From Lama glama (taxonomy: Eukaryota), in contig CM052817.1 of assembly GCA_028534125.1 (NCBI GenBank), forward strand, positions 51,524,001 through 51,588,000: a DNA stretch of 64,000 nt. Reading direction: 5' to 3'. Under the pieces are notes generated by a model. It was not told where the DNA came from. It was given only the letters and a program-made list of their open reading frames with translations, and did not search any database. Below are positions 13,786 through 25,345 of the stretch, in pieces. Within the stretch, counting starts at the first letter, position 1, and each line of letters opens with the position of its first letter. Both the position numbers and the translations under genes were made by a program.

Positions 13786-13998
13786 GGGGTTTAAGCACAT
13801 AGATTCTGAGCCAGAATGCCTGGTGTCAGATCCTCCCCCTGAATTTATCAGCTCTACCTCCCTGTCCAAGTGATTGAATTTCTCTATTCCTTGTTTTCCT
13901 CATCTCCACCTACCTCACAGCAATCCAGTGACACATTATATGAAAATTATTTGGAATAGTGCCTAGCAAACTATACTTATTCAGTAAACATTAGCTAT
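13786..13998 (+). mobile_element. MIR SINE
   Basis: ggtttaagcacatagattctgagccagaatgcctgg...ttttcctcatct...acctacctcacag...gaatagtgcctagca...cagtaaacattagctat. Confidence 0.75.
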
Positions 13999-15180
13999 CT
14001 TGTATCTCTCATTCAAAGTAAATTTATAGGAGTCTGTGTCTGTCTTTTGGAAAACAAAGGTTAGCTTCAGCTTAGAAAATTCTCTAGTTTGCTCAAACTA
14101 GAGAGTATATTCTTGAGTAGTATCATTTATCCAAGAATAATCTTCCCTTTTTATTTATTAAGTGATCAAAGCTATGTAAATGTATTAGAACCCTCTTTAT
14201 AAAGAAGATTTGCTCTCTTGTTCAGTGTTATCACTCATTCTTTAATTTCTTATTGTACTAAGCACCGTATTCTGTCTGTACAGTTTCTGTATCCTAAGAA
14301 TGCAGAGAGCTAGGCATACAAACATATGAGTGGACTCACATCTACAGTTACAATTTATGAGAGTTGTTATTGGCAGTATGAGTGTACAGATTTAGTTAGG
14401 GTGGTAAGGAAACATTTCTCTGAAAAGGTGATGTTTCACATAGACGTGGGAAAAAAGTCATGTCGAGAGTATGCAGAATATGTATGCTTAACAAGCAGAG
14501 GGAGCTTTCAGTGCAGGGATCTATTATATTACAGTAATCAATTTGTGTATATTACTTTCTTTCTAAAATTGTATTTAAAAATGTATGTGCATGTTAAAAT
14601 CTGAGAAATAAAAGAGCTGCTACTTCCTCAAATTACCTGCTAAGAGAGGCTATTCACATGCATGTTATACTATCTTAAGGATTGAGAATTCCTAATAATA
14701 CCTAGGGTCAAATACGTGCATATCAAACATGAAACAACTCTATTTATGAGTAGTATTGGTGGATGGCGACTTGTAAGTTATCATACCCATTGAAAGAATA
14801 AAAGCCTTTTCTTTTTTAAGAACTTAACATTTCATCGGTCCAGCAATTGTTAGTAACTTGTAAATCTTCTGCTGTATATGTATAGTAAAAAAAAAGAAAA
14901 AAGTAGATTTTGCAATAAAGGAAAGGAAATAGAAATAGCAAACACTCTATAATCCCTCCTGGACAAGTTTATTATCTTGATTTTTTACTCCTACTTTCTC
15001 ATTCGTGAAAGTATACTTGTGAAAATCTTGAGTCTCCCTTTCCTGCCCTTATATGTATACATATATGTTTGTACAAATAAGTATTGTACCTCATATTAAC
15101 AATATTTAATTAACAATATTTAACACATAATGACTACTGTGTACTTTTTACTTCGGGTAGGTCTCTAGGATGTTTTATTA

Positions 15181-15346
15181 CTATTTTTTAATTAATTAAT
15201 TAATTAATTTCAAAAATTTTGGGGGGAGGCGGTAATAAGGTTATTTATTTACTTATTTACATACTTTAAGGGAGGTACTGGGGATTGAACCAGGACCTCA
15301 ATGCATGCTAAGCACACGCTCTACCACTGAGCTAACCCTTCCCCCG
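15181..15346 (-). mobile_element. tRNA-derived SINE, camelid Vic-1-like, with 16-bp TSD
   Basis: Minus strand reads gggggaagggttagctcagtggtagagcgtgtgcttagcatgcattgaggtcctggttcaatccccagtacctcc (A box tagctcagtgg, B box ggttcaatcc), then an AT-rich tail. Exact TSD ctaggatgttttatta at 15165-15180 and 15347-15362. Confidence 0.88.
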
Positions 15347-16239
15347 CTAGGATGTTTTATTATGATGATGGCACATTGCATATTGTTACCATGCAAAGGA
15401 ATTGTAGCATTAATGAACTTGAGCTCCATTATGATCAAATGAGTGGAAAATTTATGATTATATTCATGTTCAGGTGGTTCGTACTGTACAAAACACTTCT
15501 TAATAATAAATATTTATTAAAATGTGATGCACTGGATAAGCTACTTTTATTATAGTAAATTTATATAGAAATATAACATATACATTGATATAGAATATAG
15601 AAACCTAGAAATAATATAGAAAAATAATTATCAGAAAAAAATTTTTAATGATAAAGGCCATTATATATCATCGTATATCTGAATTGATATATTCAGAACT
15701 GTTGTAAAATCCATGATACTTAAATGTGCTGGGAAATCAAAATGTAGTCCTTCTCTTTTATTGTTTGCTTCTTTTATCATTTGCTTCAGATAGCAGCAGA
15801 AAGATTTTCACAAAGTCTGATAATAAATCAGCATAGCTCTCAAGGGAAAAGTCGTGTATACAAAAACATTTAATGTTGAAAACTCACTGAGTGTGATTCA
15901 GCATACATCTCTATGTCTGTTCTCAGATTCTTAAGGGCAAAAAGTTAAAAAAAAAGAATGCAAATGATAAGAATCAAAGTAGCCAACACTGGCATAAAAT
16001 CATTAAGTAGACTTAAAACCTCAAAATCGATCTGTGGAATCACCAGGAGATTTTTGTATGCAGTAAATGGAGGGCTTTGGGCTTTAAGGTGACGCAGCTC
16101 TTAGTTTCTTACTCTTCGTTTGGTAGCTGTGTGACTGTAGCCAAATACAAAATCAGACGGAGCCCAACTTACCTCCTGTGTGAAATGTTAAATAATACAA
16201 CATACACCTGCAGAGATAGCCTGTTAAGGCATCTAAAGT

Positions 16240-16402
16240 CGGCCTACTTCAGGAGTAGTGCATAGACCTGCAACATCAGCACGACCTGAGAACTTTTGAA
16301 ATGCAGACTCTCAAGCCTCTCCATTAGAAAAGCTGAATCTGAATGTGCATTTTAGCAAGATCCCTGGGGTTATTTATGTGCATCTAAGTTTGAGAAGCAC
16401 TA
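16240..16402. mobile_element. MER5-family hAT DNA transposon, flanked by MIR fragments
   Basis: gcaacatcagcacgacctgagaacttttgaaatgcagactctc...ctgaatctgaatgtgcattttagcaagatccc...aagtttgagaagcact; MIR core ttttacagatgaggaaactgag just downstream. Confidence 0.8.
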
Positions 16403-17009
16403 ATATAAAGGACTCTTGGAGTGAATGTTCTTTCCTTCTTTGTTTTACAGATGAGGAAACTGAGATACAGATAAATTTTAGGACCATATAGACCTAAGAG
16501 CAAGAACAGACATGTATTTATCCTAATATGTGTTGAAATATTGCACTATCCACGTTATTTCATGACTATTATGCGTTAATTACATATTTATCTTCCTCTC
16601 CAGATGTTCCTTAATACAGTTTTTGATATAGATTATAATCATGTAACTTTTGACAGTATTGGACCTAATGAAAATGTTTTATTTTTACTAATTGCTTCAT
16701 GACTTTGGAATCCCATATTTACTGTCAATTCTTTCTACTGTTATTAATAAACAGTACTGGAAAATTAGGGGGAAGATTGCACTACAACAAAGTAGAGAAA
16801 AAAGTACAAATGACACTCATGTCCTAATCACTCAAATTTATGAATTACCTATTCATTTTTGGAATTCTTGTCTTTTATCATTGACTTGTAGGAGCTCCTC
16901 ACATGAGTTAACATTCCTTCTTACTAAAGAGGCATTATTGAGACCAACTTTTATCTCATTCTGCTCTTTTCAATATTTTTTAGTGCAATGCAGTAATTTT
17001 AATAATTTA

Positions 17010-17128
17010 AATTGCTGGACACAAGTATAAGAGATTCTGAATCCATTGTGTGGTGCTGGCTGGGTCATCGGTATTTTTTTGAAGCTCCTTAGGTGACTGT
17101 AATGTGTAGCTCAGATTAAGGAGTATTA
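17010..17128. mobile_element. MER5-family fragment
   Basis: agagattctgaatccattgtgtgg...gtattttttt gaagctccttaggtgactgtaatgtgtagc. Confidence 0.6.
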
Positions 17129-17302
17129 TAGTAGTTAGGATTAAGGTTTGGTGGCTTTTGGTGTCTATTGTAAATTTCCACCCCAATTATCCAGGGAAGG
17201 CCACATATTTTGATTCTTGAAGACTGTGACTTCTTACCCTCATGAAGAGGCCCTTACTCGAGTCTCTTTGGCTGTCCTTTTGCACAAGGGCCACGTTTTA
17301 CC

Positions 17303-17522
17303 CAGTTACAATGTTGTGCTAGTTTCTGGTGTACAGTATAGTGATTCAGATATATATATATACACATATATATATATAATATATATATTCATATTCTTCC
17401 ACATATTGTTTTTTACTATAGGTTATTACAAGCTATTGAATATGGTTCCTTATAGTGTGCTATACAGGAGGACCTAGATGTTTATCTATTTTGCATGTAG
17501 TAAGGGAGTTTGGGATTAGCAG
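17303..17522 (-). mobile_element. L1 3'-UTR fragment with internal (TA)n and a short 5' inversion
   Basis: ttacaatgttgtgctagtttctggtgtacagtatagtgattcag...ataggttattacaagctattgaatatggttcc...gtttatctatttt is the reverse complement of the L1 3' end seen at 61329-61741. 17503-17522 is in the opposite orientation. Confidence 0.85.
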
Positions 17523-17841
17523 TGCATTCTTGAGGGTACAGCCAGTTCTTCAAGGTTTCAGACTCTCTGAAGGGCTCCACAATTAGGACCTAAGGCTCTG
17601 GCCTTTTCTCCTGGACCCTGGGGCATAAAAGTCCAAGTCTTCCAGTCTCCCACATCTGCCCTCAGCCCTCCAGGCCTGCAGAGCAGCAGGATGGAACCAG
17701 CTCTAACAGGTAGCACACCACGCTTTGGCTCCCTCTTTGTTTCTGCCCCTTGTGGATTTCTCTTCCCAGACTTACACAATATATTAGTTTCTTAAAATTT
17801 TCCTGCATTAAAACCAAACACAGCAAATGAGCCTGGTCAAA

Positions 17842-18240
17842 TGACAAAACTAAAACAATTTAGTAACGAGTTTGATGTCCTTTATTCAAGACACAATAAT
17901 TCGTGGATTGGGGGAGTACAGTGCCTCACCAGCAGCTGGGACCCTCTTCCTGAGGGATTTTGAGCAAGAGTGAGCTTTTTAGTGCTTTAGAAGAGGCAAC
18001 TCGGAAACAGGCATGATTGGCTAGGAAGTGGGGTTTCCTTACAAGTGGGGTTTCCTCCTACTTTCTAGAGTAAGGTACGCTAACTAATACTGAGTTGGAG
18101 AATTGTCATGGTGTATGTTAGGTCTCTTTGGCAGGCGTTTCTCATAGTGAAGGCTGATTTAGGTTTAGATTTGTGACATGTGCTGGGCCACTGGGGTGGT
18201 CTCCATTTTGTGAGTCCCGATGTATGAATTAACTTTATCA
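17842..18240 (-). mobile_element. Solo ERV LTR (family not assigned)
   Basis: Ends tgacaaa...tttatca (TG..CA, short inverted termini). Minus strand has CCAAT (18016-18020), then a TATA-like taaaaag, then AATAAA (17881-17886) in U3-R order. No clear TSD. Confidence 0.6.
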
Positions 18241-21200
18241 GCCCAGACTTTGTTCTATTTAATTTAGCATTTCTAGCTGTTCATACCTGGAGCATTTTCA
18301 GGTTTTATTAGGCCTTCATGTTATTGGAATCAAAAGCCTTTGGTGAACTAGTAAACTTTAAACTTTAGTGAGGAGTCGATAAGTATATGGTGTCCAAATA
18401 TAAAACTTTTTAATTTTGAAAAACTGTTGCTGGCCAACGGGAAGGTAGAATTAGTGAAAGGTATATACATCCCTGTCTGAAACACTCCCCACTCACCAAA
18501 TGCAAAATTCATTGTTATTCATTGTATCAGAAATAAAAAGTAGTTTATTTTTCCAAAGTACATTTCATTTATGTTTTAGTCAACATGTTATTTTACTAAA
18601 GATAATAGCTAAAAAAACTTGAAGTGAAATATTTGTCAAATAAAGTAAATTTTTTCTTTTAATGACAATTGACATCTTAACATTGTAATGAATATAGAAA
18701 AAGTTAACTTTTACTTTTCTTCTTCTGCAGGTAGTGTTAGAATTAAAATGATTTGCAGAACATATGGAAAAAATTCCTCCATTTCCTTACATTTTTTCCA
18801 TATTCTTTTATCAGAATCTCTAAAACTTCTCCAACAATAATATTTCTAATAATTAATTTAGGGAAAAGGGCTCCTTAGTTTTGAGAAAGAATTATAAAAG
18901 AAACATTTATAAATCTTGGAAATATAAAGTAGTAGGCAAACTGTTTTGTTTAAAATAATTTTAACATAAAGGATACTAAATGATACCACAAAATTTCATT
19001 TTATGTCATCAGCCAACTTAGTAAGCATAATAAATAATTTCATCCTGAATAAAGTGAGAACAAAAGACACGAGTTTAGAGGTGCTGTATCAATTCTATTT
19101 ATTGCAGTAAGAATAATCATATTTTTCATAGTACCAAAAATGGAGATGTAATTCAGACAGAAATCTTTCATCAGCTCTCCATTACAGCAAAATAAGTGAA
19201 ACATATGATCCCTTTTTGCAGAAGAAACAGAACTTTAATGGGGGGGGTAAAATATTTCAGTTTTAGCATACTCTGTGACTTACCTTAGCTAATCAGGACT
19301 TAACATATTACTTGTAAATTTTATGATGAGCAGTAAACTGATAGAGAAGTTGGGGTACAGGATTTGGAGGTAGGGAGAGCATTCACCTGCCCAGTATCAC
19401 ACACACCACCACATTTTAGACTTGGGATTAGAATCATATATTTAACTTGATTCTTTGTTCTACTATTATTCTTTGGATAGTATACAAACACACTTAATCA
19501 CAAATTGATTTGTGTTTATAATCACATATAGCATCCATGATAATCCTGAATAAAAAACTCTGATTCTTCTTAGGGCCATATTTCTATTACAATTAATATG
19601 TTAATGTTTTGTGCTCTACCTGCTTCAATTTATGTAGTCTATCTCCCGCACACCTTGAAAAATCTACTTAACCACTTCGGAGGGTTGCACAGTACAGTAA
19701 CTATCTAAGCAACTAATAAGAAGCTTAGCTGAATTTGTAGGTATCAATCTATCTAATTGACTTATTTATACCTTGAGTTTATACTACTCACAGGAAAAAA
19801 AGGTTAAGTATGCTATTTACTTAAATAGTATAATTTATTGCCTTTAAATTTAGTTTGTACATTATTCCAGAAGGACATGCCAATTATTATAAAGCAGGAA
19901 GGCATGGAGCCATTAGCCCCAGCATAGTTTTTTCTAGAAAATGTATCATTCATTAGCTGTAACAATACAAAGATGAGTTCTAAGCTATTCATGGTCTCGT
20001 AACTGGTTTCATTACATGAAAATGCTTCTGTATTCTTTATTATTTCTGGTCATGGATGTGGTTCATATCTTAGCTTTTATTATTTGATTCTCTTCCATGT
20101 TCAAGTGTTTTGTCTGCATTTAAGGCTGATCAGTAGGGATTCATCCACAAGAACTCAAGTGATTTGTTGATATGCTTTGATCTTTTCTGAGCTTGAAGAT
20201 ATCCTGCTCATTTGAGTGCTGTTAAGGTATAGTTTAAAAAAAGAAAAGGAAAGGAGAGAAAGAAGAGCCACAGTTTGAGGGAAGTAACAATTAGAGCAAA
20301 TGATAATTTGACTGATGGATAACTCCATTTCTTTGATGGAATTGTTAGCAGGAATCCGACTTAGAGAATGAACGCTCCAAAGTTCCTGCTGTGTGATTGT
20401 GCAGGAGACTAATAATACACTCCTCCATATGCATAAAGGCTTTTCTTCTGATGAATTCAAAGCGCTTGGAAGGGAATCCATTAGGACATTTTTTACATAA
20501 AGGATGGGACAATCAAAATTTTATTTTCCATTTTATGGATTGGACAGTAATGTGACATGATTTTGCCAAGGTTTTCCAGTGTCCCTCCTGCTCCCTCTAC
20601 CACACTGCCTCTGGTTTTGCACCTCATAGTCAGAAAGCAACATAATCACAGGCCCCTGTGAATGATTTCCCCATATCCATCTAGTCCCAATATTTTCCAA
20701 TGCTAAAAGCTTCTTTTTTTAGAACCAGACTGACCTGTATTATTTATTTATTTAAAACTCTCTTCAGGAGGTTTTGTGTGTGTCTGTTTTTGCTCTCTCA
20801 GTTCAAGCATGATTTAATATGTCAACACTGGTTTGCCTAACTGGGTTTGATTGTCTTCCATCCTTTACTTAGAACTAGGCAGTCTCTTTTCAAGCATGTT
20901 GCTGCCCAGATAAATGAAATGTCACAACAGTGAGGACTCCTTGTTTTGTGACAGCAGTAGCTCAGAGGTTGGAAAGAGTGGGTGGTGAGGGCATTTACAC
21001 AGTAATAATAAAGCCAACAAAGTCAGGTCTCCTCTTCAGGCCCATAGGCAAGCAGCAACAGATAATGCACTTAAACTTGGGGGAACTTCACTCTTCATTC
21101 AGGTGAAAATGAAGGTAAACCCAAAGCAGGAACTTTTTTCCCACTGAGGACGAGAGGAAAACATCTGTTAGCAGTTGCCTCGGAATCATACTCAAGGATA

Positions 21201-22299
21201 GCGCTTTTCTTTTACATGGTCTGATTTCTTCCATGCTTTATTGCCAGGCCCCGAGATGTGAGTGCTCTCAGCACATAACGTTAGAAACTAATCCATAGGA
21301 AAAACATTTTCCACTGCCTCCCACAGTAAAAGCATTGTTGATGATTTTGAAACCTGGATTAGATTTTAAAGATTGGAGGCTCATGAAGTGTAGTACTTGG
21401 CACAGAGAAAATCCTCACTACATGCCAGTTAGCTTTAAAAGTTGAAAGCAATTTTAATAAAAAAATAACCCTAGGCGAAGTGCTGGAGTTTGTTGGTTTG
21501 CTTTTGTTTTGTGAACAACGTTTGTTGGTGTTGCTGCCACCACCCTGGGGTGGTAACCTAGCCTCCTGGGACATGTGGAACCCTGGGAGGTGGGGCCCTC
21601 TCTGTCCAGTCCAGTCTGCAACCGCTCAGCTCCTCATGTCGGGGTCTTTAACAACTAAGGACGTTTCTGAGTGTGAGTGTGTATGAGAGTAAGCATGAAA
21701 ATTTTAATTTCAATTTAAGAGGGAAATAAACTGAGCCAACCAGGCATGCTGCAAGGAGTTAAATATATGTTACAGGACTGGAGATGCCATTAATAACAAA
21801 CTTCGATCAAGGACTGAAGGAAGAATAAATTAATCATTCAGGAGGCACAGTGTTGGGGGAAAAAAAGTCTGAGATTTGAAAAAATCTGATGATGGTGGAA
21901 GTCTTAACCAAGGGCGACCTGCCTCATCAAGGGAGAGACTGGCCAGAGTGTTCCCATGATCAGATCTCAGGAGAACTTAAATTATTTTCATCTGAAGTTA
22001 GTAGAGAATGGAATAAAAGCTGCAGAGAATAAAAGTCTTGTTCCTAGAAAATACGAAAGTGGGCCAAAGGGAATAGTTTGACTTTCAAGTCAGTGTAAAG
22101 AGCAATAATATACTAAAAATAATAGAGATCCCAAGAAATAAGGCCAATAAATGACAGCAAATGACAAAAACTGACAATAAATGACAATTCTGAACACCGA
22201 ACTTGTCACGGTATCTTAAATGGGACGATAAGGAAGAAGAAGGGTTGACACGTGTGTGAAGACCTGCCGTGTGCCGGTACTGTTAAATGTTTTATTCAC

Positions 22300-22799
22300 N
22301 NNNNNNNNNNNNNNNNNNNNNNNNNNNNNNNNNNNNNNNNNNNNNNNNNNNNNNNNNNNNNNNNNNNNNNNNNNNNNNNNNNNNNNNNNNNNNNNNNNNN
22401 NNNNNNNNNNNNNNNNNNNNNNNNNNNNNNNNNNNNNNNNNNNNNNNNNNNNNNNNNNNNNNNNNNNNNNNNNNNNNNNNNNNNNNNNNNNNNNNNNNNN
22501 NNNNNNNNNNNNNNNNNNNNNNNNNNNNNNNNNNNNNNNNNNNNNNNNNNNNNNNNNNNNNNNNNNNNNNNNNNNNNNNNNNNNNNNNNNNNNNNNNNNN
22601 NNNNNNNNNNNNNNNNNNNNNNNNNNNNNNNNNNNNNNNNNNNNNNNNNNNNNNNNNNNNNNNNNNNNNNNNNNNNNNNNNNNNNNNNNNNNNNNNNNNN
22701 NNNNNNNNNNNNNNNNNNNNNNNNNNNNNNNNNNNNNNNNNNNNNNNNNNNNNNNNNNNNNNNNNNNNNNNNNNNNNNNNNNNNNNNNNNNNNNNNNNN
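22300..22799. other. Assembly gap (500 N)
   Basis: Run of exactly 500 N; the poly-X ORFs are artefacts. Confidence 1.
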
Positions 22800-23189
22800 A
22801 GCCTCTGCACCTCATGAACCTGGTGCGACCTTTGAAATTTCCTCTCTACAGTAAATTAAATGATTAAATGATTCTTCACCTCCCCACCAATTCTGAGATT
22901 ACACAGATTTCAGGTAGAACTTTTTTTTAACTGGAAGAGACTTCTATTTCAAAGTATTTTCATGTAATTCTTGATTGTGAGAAGTTCAAAAGAAATGGGT
23001 TCCAAAAAAAAAAAAAAAACCCAAATACAGTATGAAAAATGAGGAAACATTTCATAATAAAATAGGACAATTAAAATAGTTGTCACTTCTCTGTTGGCTC
23101 ATCTAAATTAAACAATCAGCCTTGTAATAAAGGCAATTGTCCTTATGTTCTAATGGGTGAAACAGAACTGTTAACAGGAAAAAAAGCAG

Positions 23190-23390
23190 CACATATTCAT
23201 ACATTTTTAGACCCAGCTCTATGCCAGGTGTATAGAAACAATTTAACTCTGACAGTAACTCTGCCAGAAATATACTGTTGTTTCTATTTTATAATTGAGG
23301 AAATTGAAGCTGAAGTAGATTAGATATGATTTCCAAGAACTCTGAGTGTATAGTTAGCTTCAAATACACTTTTGTTTGGCTTCAATATAT
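23190..23390 (-). mobile_element. MIR SINE
   Basis: ctatgccaggtg...ctattttataattgaggaaattgaagctgaagtagattagatatgatttccaag. Confidence 0.6.
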
Positions 23391-25067
23391 ATAAACTTTA
23401 AGAAAAAAAATACTGACTTTCTAAGTTCCCAGAAGGCACCTCATTTTATTTTGTAATTTAAAGAATCAATAAAGCTCAGTTGTTAGAGTTATATGGGATA
23501 GAAATGTATAGCCAAAGGACAAGCATGGAGAAGACTTCAGCCCTGATGTAAAGAAAAATAATAACTGCTACTTGCTTTTAAAAACCAGATTCAAAGATCA
23601 ACATATGACAATTGTAGGGGAAGGTATAAAAAGAACTAATTCTATTTAGATTTATATGTAGTCAGTAATGCTAAAGGAATGATAACTAAAATCAAGATTG
23701 TATAATTATTATATAACTTAAATATTTGACTTAATAGGAAGAAGTTATATTAAATTGGGAACAATTATAAGAAATTGCTAATATGTGATGACTTTGTAAA
23801 TACAAAAGATGGTAGTTCTATATGATCTAAAGTGATACATGTGCAGTCAAACTCTATTTATATTCAGTGATACTTCCTCATTTCTTATGCCATGAAAATA
23901 ACCTAGATATTGATGAAAATATAACTATAAACTCAGATTCCCTAAGAGTACTCTTTCTCTCTGTCTTGTCTCTCTCCTTCATTCTTACTCCTTGTCTCCC
24001 TTCTTCTCTCCTTTATTTTCCTCTTTATTTGGCAGACAGTATTTTCATCATTCCAAAGATGATAATTTTCAGAGTTTTCAGTGTATCTCAGATGAAAAAT
24101 ACAACACTGGAAGCCCTTTTTTCAGCTTTAGTATTATAAATATTACTAGTTTTACATAATAAGGTGAAAAAGGAGGAGATATATGTCCCTGGCTACTGGA
24201 GAAAAATACATGTCCCTTTTCCCTATTTTGTCCGATTAGTTGCTAATTTATAACATAGTTTTTAAAGGCTTCTTAGAGCTTTTGATTTACAACTGCTAAT
24301 CACAACAAATGTTTCTGGTTTTCCGCATAGAAAGATCAGATGAACAACTAAATGTAACTCTGATCTCCAGTCATCCTCGCATACCGCTGTTCTTTCTGAA
24401 GGAGTCTTACTTTCTTTGGTCCTAAAGACAAAAGAATTTGTCTCTTTATTTGTATTCTGTCATTTCAGCTCTCTACTACTAAAGTGAACATATCCTGTTT
24501 AAAGAAAAGGAAAATACTAACTACTTTAGCTCTTACCGTTAATTAAAACGCACTTGGCACATATTTTTCCTCACTGAAGTGTTATCTGACTTTGAAAAAC
24601 TCTGAAGCCCAGCTCCCAAACAAGATCTAAAACTAGATTGTTTTTTTCCCTCTAATTCTTAATTGTTTCTTTTTCTAATACAAGCTGCTTCAGTCTTGTA
24701 TTGTTTTGATTACTCCTACTTATGTCCTTTCTTAATTTCCTTTTTTACTCCTTCTATTATAAATTTTTCTATTATGAATTTATTTTCTTCATTTAAATGC
24801 CTTTACTTGTTGAGAAAACCTCCAGTTAACTCCTCAAGAGAAAGCTGTTTTGGCTTTGTTATCCAAAATTTATGCTCTTCCAAAAGAAGACACTTGGTTC
24901 TGTTAACTTAGAACCAAAGGTCAGAGAAGGGTATTACTGTGATATGTAAAGACATAGCCTGACATAAATTTTGTTAAGTGTGTGTGGGAATTTTTCTGTC
25001 TAATAAATCCATCCTGTTTGTTCTGTCACTAGAGATGATGATAAGCATGTTGATGATGATATTAAAG

Positions 25068-25345
25068 TAATAATAATGATACCGTGGCCAGCACTTCTGT
25101 AGCAGGTTCTGTGTGCCACACACTCTGCTAAACACTGTATATTTGTTAAATAATTTGATCCTCAAAGGCAGACACACACACACACAAACCCTATGAATCA
25201 TATGTGATTTTTGAGTTTTACAGAAAAACAAGCCAACACAGAGAGTTTACATAATGAGGACAACGGCCAATTTAGGGCAGAGTTGGACGAAAGCCCAGGC
25301 CGCTTGCTTTAGAGTCTCTGCTCCTGCCTTCATTTACCACACCGG
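25068..25345 (-). mobile_element. MIR SINE with internal (CA)n
   Basis: ttctgtgtgccacacactctgctaaacact...atttgatcctca...aaccctatga...ttttacagaaaaacaagccaacacagagag...ggcagagttgg...ctttagagtctctgctc. Confidence 0.7.

Noticed and set aside
15270..15346. Possible tRNA gene (also ~43035-43111)
   Set aside because: tRNA-like head is followed by an AT-rich tail and flanked by TSDs, so it is a SINE.
22216..22867. 172-203-aa ORFs
   Set aside because: Artefacts of translating the N gap.
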